This document shows, piece after piece, positions 58,933 to 64,000 of a DNA stretch of 64,000 nt. The stretch is from Tieghemostelium lacteum (lineage: Eukaryota): NCBI GenBank assembly GCA_001606155.1, contig LODT01000035.1, positions 420,658 through 484,657 on the forward strand, in the 5' to 3' direction. The notes under the pieces are model-generated. The model was not told the DNA's origin. It saw nothing but the letters and a program-made list of their open reading frames with translations, and ran no database searches. Positions within the stretch are counted from its first letter, which is position 1; every line of letters begins with the position of its first letter. A program made the position numbers and the translations under genes.

Positions 58933-60069
58933 TTAATTACCAGTGCTTACAGTGGTAGATTTTTTTTGAAGTTCTGATATTAGGATATCTACATCAGAAT
59001 ATTGTATAAAAGAAAATAAAGGTGTGACACCAAATTCATAATGCGATTGTTTATGATAAAATAATAGATAATCTACAGGATATGGAACCTTTTTTTGATT
59101 TACATCAGATCTTAGAGATTCTAATGATTTACAATCGGATTCATAATAATAAAGTGAATGAAAACTATAGGGATTATCATTGACTACCTGTTTTTGAATG
59201 TTAAATGTTTCTGAAAGTTTTTGGTCTCTCCAAAAGAATCTAAAATCACTGTCATAATCGTACAATAAAAAACCTTTCCATGACAGAACATCCATTATAA
59301 ATATTCTATGTGACTGTTCATCTAATAAACAATCCAAGATTACATGTTGATTTCTAAGTGGACCTGGTTCACGACTCTTTGCACTACCATAAGGCAATAA
59401 ACTATTAATTTCCATTATAATCTCACCATCTGGGTTTCTAATAGTTGTATTATCGTTTTGAGCTACAACTATACATCTCTTTGCACTAGGAGCACACATT
59501 ACAACCCATTCTTCTTCAAAATGTGTTGGTATCTCTTCCATTGGTTCAGCTAACATTAAATGATTTGAAAATAATTCAACTTGTTTTGATTCTCTTTCCT
59601 CTTTCCCGCTCTTTTTTGGTTTTCTTTTGTTTTTCTTTTTCTTATTTTTACTTTTACTATTATTATTATTATTGTAGTTATTGTTGTTATATGGTTTATC
59701 AAAAGTCATTAGATTGTCATCTTGATCGTCAATTTCAAAATCAATGGATTGGTCATTTAAACTATCATTAAAACTTATATCAGTGTTTGAGAGTTCATTA
59801 CCCTCCATGCTATTGCATTCTGCGTTGGTTGAATCTACTGAAGTATCTAATGTTTCAGTATTGTTATTTGTTGGTGAGATAATGGAACGAACTTGTGATA
59901 TTAAGTTTCTCCTTCTCTCCTTTTGTTTCTCTAAACTATATTTTATTCTCCTCTCTAGACCATCATCTTTACTTGTTGCTTTAAATGAACCAACTCTATG
60001 TGTAAAATTATGATAATCTCTATCATCTCTAATTTTAGAAGTACCTAACAGTGCCGATAAACTATCCAT
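58933..60069 (-). CDS. Snurportin-1 (snRNP nuclear import adaptor) with an N-terminal IBB motif and an m3G-cap-binding domain.
   Basis: 378-aa single ORF. IBB: [22 protein letters not shown]. The cap-binding domain is collinear with human SNUPN: [18 protein letters not shown] vs [57 protein letters not shown] vs [62 protein letters not shown] vs [23 protein letters not shown]. Confidence 0.88.
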   Translation of the reverse strand: [378 protein letters not shown]

Positions 60070-60296
60070 ATCAACAGCTTTTTAGAAAATAAAAAAATAC
60101 AAAAAAATGTCTCGAAATTAGTACTAAATTAAAAGTTTATTTGATTTTCAAAGTTTCTAATGATGTTGAAATTAAAAGATTATTAAATAGTTTAATATCT
60201 AAAAACAAAAAATTTAATTATAAAAGATGTTCAAGAGTTAGATCATTTAATCCAATTATTTATATAAATTTAAAATACAAAAATAGTAATAATAAT

Positions 60297-61322
60297 TTAG
60301 TTAGTTTTTGAACCTTTTAATGCTTGAATTTTGGCATTTAGAACACTGTCAGTTAAATCAGATTGAGATTCACCAAATAGAGATACATGATAAGGTTCAA
60401 AGAATTTTTCAACATTTCCTTTATGTGAAGTAAGTCTACCCTTGGTCATTGGTGATACTGAGGTACCAACAAAATTGATATAGGCTAATTTAGCCATAAC
60501 AGTGGCATCTATACGATCTTCAACTTTAACTAAACCATAATAGACATCAGAGGCTTTCAAGTGGCTTACTAGATCTTGTAGACCTCCAGTACCACTGCCT
60601 ACTAATCCTAGAACCTCCTTGTCAAGGTATCCTATTAATACCCAATCTACTGGATCTCTTGGATCCTTTACCTTTTGAATGAGATCCTTGATATTTGATT
60701 CATTCTGATATGTTAGACCTTTAACAGAAGAGGTATTTGCAGTTGGTAATTTAGTGGTATTCGATGAAAATGGTTTCACAGTTGACTGAGTTTGTTGGAC
60801 TTTTGGAGTGGAGACAGTCTCACTAGTTCTATTTCTAGAACCAGAGGCATCAGATACTTTATTTGTAATCTCTTGTTCTGATAATTCACTCTTTAGAGAT
60901 GCTGTGATTTCAACGTTATAATGACCCATAAGTTTAGTTATAGCAGTCTTATTGGTACCTAATCTAGCCTTATCAATACCTTTAACCTGTTCACCAACCC
61001 AAACAATGAATACATATCTATCAGTTGGAATACCATCAACCAAATCAACAACTCTCAATATTGCATACTGCATCTGATTGTCATCTAAATGACTAACCAA
61101 CTCATTAATACCACCAGTACCAACAGATTGTAATTTAATTGTGTCTTTATCAACATATCCAACTAAATACCAATTTTGGGCAAAACCACTGGTATGTACT
61201 GATTTAACTGCATCTAAAAACTCTTCATTATTACTAACTGATACTACATTACCACTGTTACCGGATGTTTGTATAGATCCAGCTTTACGTTCTGCTAATG
61301 AAAATCTTAAATCACCTGACAT
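60297..61322 (-). CDS. Actin-binding protein with two tandem coactosin/Abp1-type ADF-H domains separated by a Ser/Thr-rich linker.
   Basis: 341-aa ORF. Domain 1 is about aa 20-150 (WYLVGYVDKDTIKLQSVG...RYVFIVWVGEQVKGIDKARLGTNKTAITK). Domain 2 is about aa 200-335 (WVLIGYLDKEVLGLVGSG...KLAYINFVGTSVSPMTKGRLTSHKGNVEKFF). Both match the coactosin pattern (WV.FKY...GE.VSGLQRAK.GTDK). Confidence 0.75.
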   Translation of the reverse strand: MSGDLRFSLAERKAGSIQTSGNSGNVVSVSNNEEFLDAVKSVHTSGFAQNWYLVGYVDKDTIKLQSVGTGGINELVSHLDDNQMQYAILRVVDLVDGIPTDRYVFIVWVGEQVKGIDKARLGTNKTAITKLMGHYNVEITASLKSELSEQEITNKVSDASGSRNRTSETVSTPKVQQTQSTVKPFSSNTTKLPTANTSSVKGLTYQNESNIKDLIQKVKDPRDPVDWVLIGYLDKEVLGLVGSGTGGLQDLVSHLKASDVYYGLVKVEDRIDATVMAKLAYINFVGTSVSPMTKGRLTSHKGNVEKFFEPYHVSLFGESQSDLTDSVLNAKIQALKGSKTN

Positions 61323-62385
61323 CTTTTAAATAATATACTAATTAAATTAATTTTTTTAATATTGGCTCTCCACTCAACTTTGGGATATTTTTTTTTCATT
61401 GAAAATTATTGGGTGATCATATCAAACCCAATTTAAATATCATTTTCAGATTTTATATTAATATTGAATTTCGTTATTTATTTATTAAAGAAATATAATA
61501 TATAATAGTAGTAGCATAATGAGATAAAAATATTATTTCAACTCCCATTTAGAAATCACAATTGCTTAAACTGTTAGATTATACATTATATTACTAAGCT
61601 CATTATAATATAGATTATGATCAGAGTTCTACAAAAACCATGCTGGTAAGTAGTTAATATTTCCAATTTAATAAAATTTATTAACAAAAACCTATTTAGG
61701 TGTAATAATTATACACAAAGGTAATATGGATATCTATCTACAATATTCATTTTCTTTAAGTATTTGATAAGATAGAAGTAGGAAGAAAAAGGAAGAAGAA
61801 AAAAGATGAAAATGAAATGGATCACTCATCTATATCTAAACAACTGTTCAAATCAAGTTCATGTGATTTCTCAAATGTATTTGTAGTGACTCTTTTAGAT
61901 ATTGATTGCTAAAATCTAAAACCAACTAATTCTCCAAAAGAAAATTCAGAATCAGTTTCATCTTCATTTAAATTATCAAATTGTTTTTTTTGAACAATCT
62001 TTATCTATATTTTTATCTATTGTCTTCTCGGTAATAAATTTGTTCTTTTAAAATATTCGCGAATATGGTAAATATCTCAAAGTAATATTTTTTTAATTTA
62101 AGAGTTTACTTGAACCAACATGTTTTATTATAAGAGTCCTAAGAATATTCCCACTTGTCATTATTCTAAAGATTAAAAGAATCTTTGCACATTAATCTTG
62201 ATTTAAATATAACTTCAAAAATAAAAAGATGTACATATTCGTGTATTCCCATCATAATATCTTCAGTTTGGAGGTGATGGAGATTATCGGCAATTTAGTC
62301 TGTACCTATATGACGCCAAAAATATTAAAAATAATAATAAGAATAAGATTTTGTACATTTAAATTATATATATCTTTAATTAAAA

Positions 62386-63070
62386 TATTCAAGACTCGAC
62401 TTTGCCTTTTCCATTTCTTTTAAAAATTGGTAAAATTGTGGTAGTGTTAATTCTATGAAATACAATTAATTAAAAGAATGTAAAGTTAGAACCTAATTGG
62501 TATATTTAATAAAAAATAAATATTAGAATATTTAGACATACCCATATGTACATCTTCTTTTGCATTATCACCTTTATCCAACACCAATTTCAATTGAAGA
62601 AAAGTGCTACCTTGTTGTTTATCACTACTAGATGCAACAGTAACACCAAATCTCCATTGCATATCGAGTACTTGGTTAACAGAAAGTGAATTACCAGCAA
62701 ATGATCTAGAGAGTGCTATAAAATGTTGTTTATATTTTGTAGAAACCAACTCTGCCTGTTCTTCAGAGAGTCTGAAATTAATTAGATCCTCTTTGACATA
62801 GGTTGGTGTCAAATTTAGTTTAACTGAACCCTTAAGGAATACCATGAAACCTCTACATATATTCTTTAGTAGATTCTCACTCAAAGACTGATCTGATGCA
62901 AACTCAGTAACATCTCTAATGAACCCATCAGGTTGTTGTGCAATCATAAATTCAAAAATCATATCTACAAATCTTCCAAGTACCTGTACGTCAAAATTCC
63001 CAAGATATCCTATTTCATTTTGAATTTGTTGATCTGGAGTTTCATTGTTCCCTAAAAATCTATACACCAT
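62386..63070 (-). CDS. COMM-domain-containing protein (COMMD family; HCaRG-like N-terminal helical domain plus C-terminal COMM domain). Exons 63070..62542 and 62452..62386.
   Basis: ORF 62486..63070 extended through a GTATGT donor (RC of 62536-62541) and a tttcatAG acceptor (RC of 62453-62460), phase 1, to ...DVHMG/ELTLPQFYQFLKEMEKAKSSLEYFN*. The COMM signature is LSVNQVLDMQWRFGVTVASSSDKQQGSTFLQLKLVLDKG. Confidence 0.62.
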
Positions 63071-63621
63071 TTTATAAAACTTTTAAAAAAAAATACAAAA
63101 ATTTATTTTAATTTTTATGATGATATTTATAATCATTTTATAATATAAATAGTTATATAGTAAATAATAATAATTTATTTAAATTTATTGAAAATTTTTT
63201 AATTCCAATTAAAGACTTTAATTTAAATTGATGATGTAAAATTTGAATATTCAATAGAAAATTCCAATTACCAAAGAATTCAATGGAAACTTAATACCAT
63301 TTGGCTCTGGTATTTATATAAAAGATTGAGAACAACACATCAGATAAACTCTTAGAGGCAAGAAGATACCGAAAATCTAAGATATTTAGACGAATAAGCT
63401 TACACAAAATAAAATTTTATAAAATTATGTAGATATTTTTGCTCTTTTCACAGTGAGAAGAGAAAAAAAAAAGATTGAAATTTTCCACCTCCAAAAAGAA
63501 TTTTTTGCTCTTTCATCTTTTCTTTTTTTTTTTGCACTAAGATTAACAAAACAACTTTTGATAAAATCTTTAACAAATATAACACAGATACACACAAAAG
63601 TGATATAAAAAATATAAAATA

Positions 63622-64000
63622 TGGAAATTCAAGAGGCATTAAAATTCTTACCAATTGATCACGATAGCAATGGTGTTCCATGGAAAGCAGCTTGGAAAAA
63701 GGTAAGAGATGGGGATTTTAAAAAAAAATAGAATAATGAGAACACTACACTCTTCACTACACACACATAGATATAACAGTGGTTACATCTTAATTTTTTT
63801 GTAAAAAACAAATAATAATGTGGAGTGTTAAAAGAGTGTGGTGGTCTTTCTATGATTTTATAAAGAAAAAAAAAAGATCTAATACCAAATACCCCCTCTC
63901 TCTTTTTTTTTTAAAATTTTATTTTTATATTTGAAATGATCATCTTTAAAAATCAAGGTTCAAGAATTCAGTTCTGATATTTTTTCATCATCATCACTGA
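63622..64000 (+). CDS. Start of a gene running off the window (first exon 63622..63702, then a GTAAGA intron).
   Basis: ATG at 63622. MEIQEALKFLPIDHDSNGVPWKAAWKK is followed by a gtaagag donor. The downstream exon is not identifiable within the window. Confidence 0.25.

Noticed and set aside
1-64000. tRNA/rRNA genes, CRISPR arrays, prokaryotic defence operons
   Set aside because: I scanned for tRNA B-box-like GGTTCGAATCC/GTTCGA motifs and cloverleaf-sized GC-rich islands in intergenic DNA and found none. Gene structure (introns, signal peptides, eukaryotic-only families such as TBCD, snurportin, Vps29) shows this is eukaryotic nuclear DNA, so bacterial-type systems do not apply.

Overview
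The window is a gene-dense, very AT-rich eukaryotic nuclear segment, not prokaryotic. Short AT-rich introns with GTAAGT/GTATGT donors and (A/T)nAG acceptors, poly-Asn/Ser coding microsatellites, long intergenic poly-T tracts and the protein families present point to a dictyostelid social amoeba (Dictyostelium-like). I resolve about 30 protein-coding genes on both strands, most by recognisable homology read from the translations. They include:
- a DOCK-family GEF (3' part)
- an RRM+CID RNA-binding protein
- the U5 snRNP helicase Brr2
- an HTH + poly-(SSSE) protein
- COX5B (three small exons missed by the ORF track)
- Vps29 and a Prp3 homolog
- a secreted GMC oxidoreductase
- methylmalonate-semialdehyde dehydrogenase
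- the peroxisomal fatty-acyl-CoA reductase/DHAP acyltransferase fusion (FARAT, ending in -SKL)
- a vault/telomerase TEP1 homolog (RGG box, TROVE, DUF4062, NACHT, WD40; about 2400 aa)
- a giant IPT/TIG-repeat type I membrane protein
- a TM-RING E3 ligase
- two tandem secreted Cys-rich paralogs beside a five-exon leishmanolysin (GP63, M8) gene
- tubulin cofactor D and PFK-2/FBPase-2
- TMEM14-like, mS33, a ubiquitin-like/Cys-rich/CaaX protein, a BET1-like SNARE with a 69-nt in-frame intron, snurportin-1, a double coactosin-type ADF-H protein and a COMM-domain protein.
No tRNA/rRNA genes, CRISPR arrays, operons or intact transposons were seen. The ORF track uses non-ATG (TTG) starts as 'M' and splits most genes at introns. 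Exon coordinates below were reconstructed by hand. The most system-like items are the TEP1/vault locus, the FARAT ether-lipid fusion, the surface/secreted protein cluster at 36-47 kb and the several snRNP biogenesis genes.
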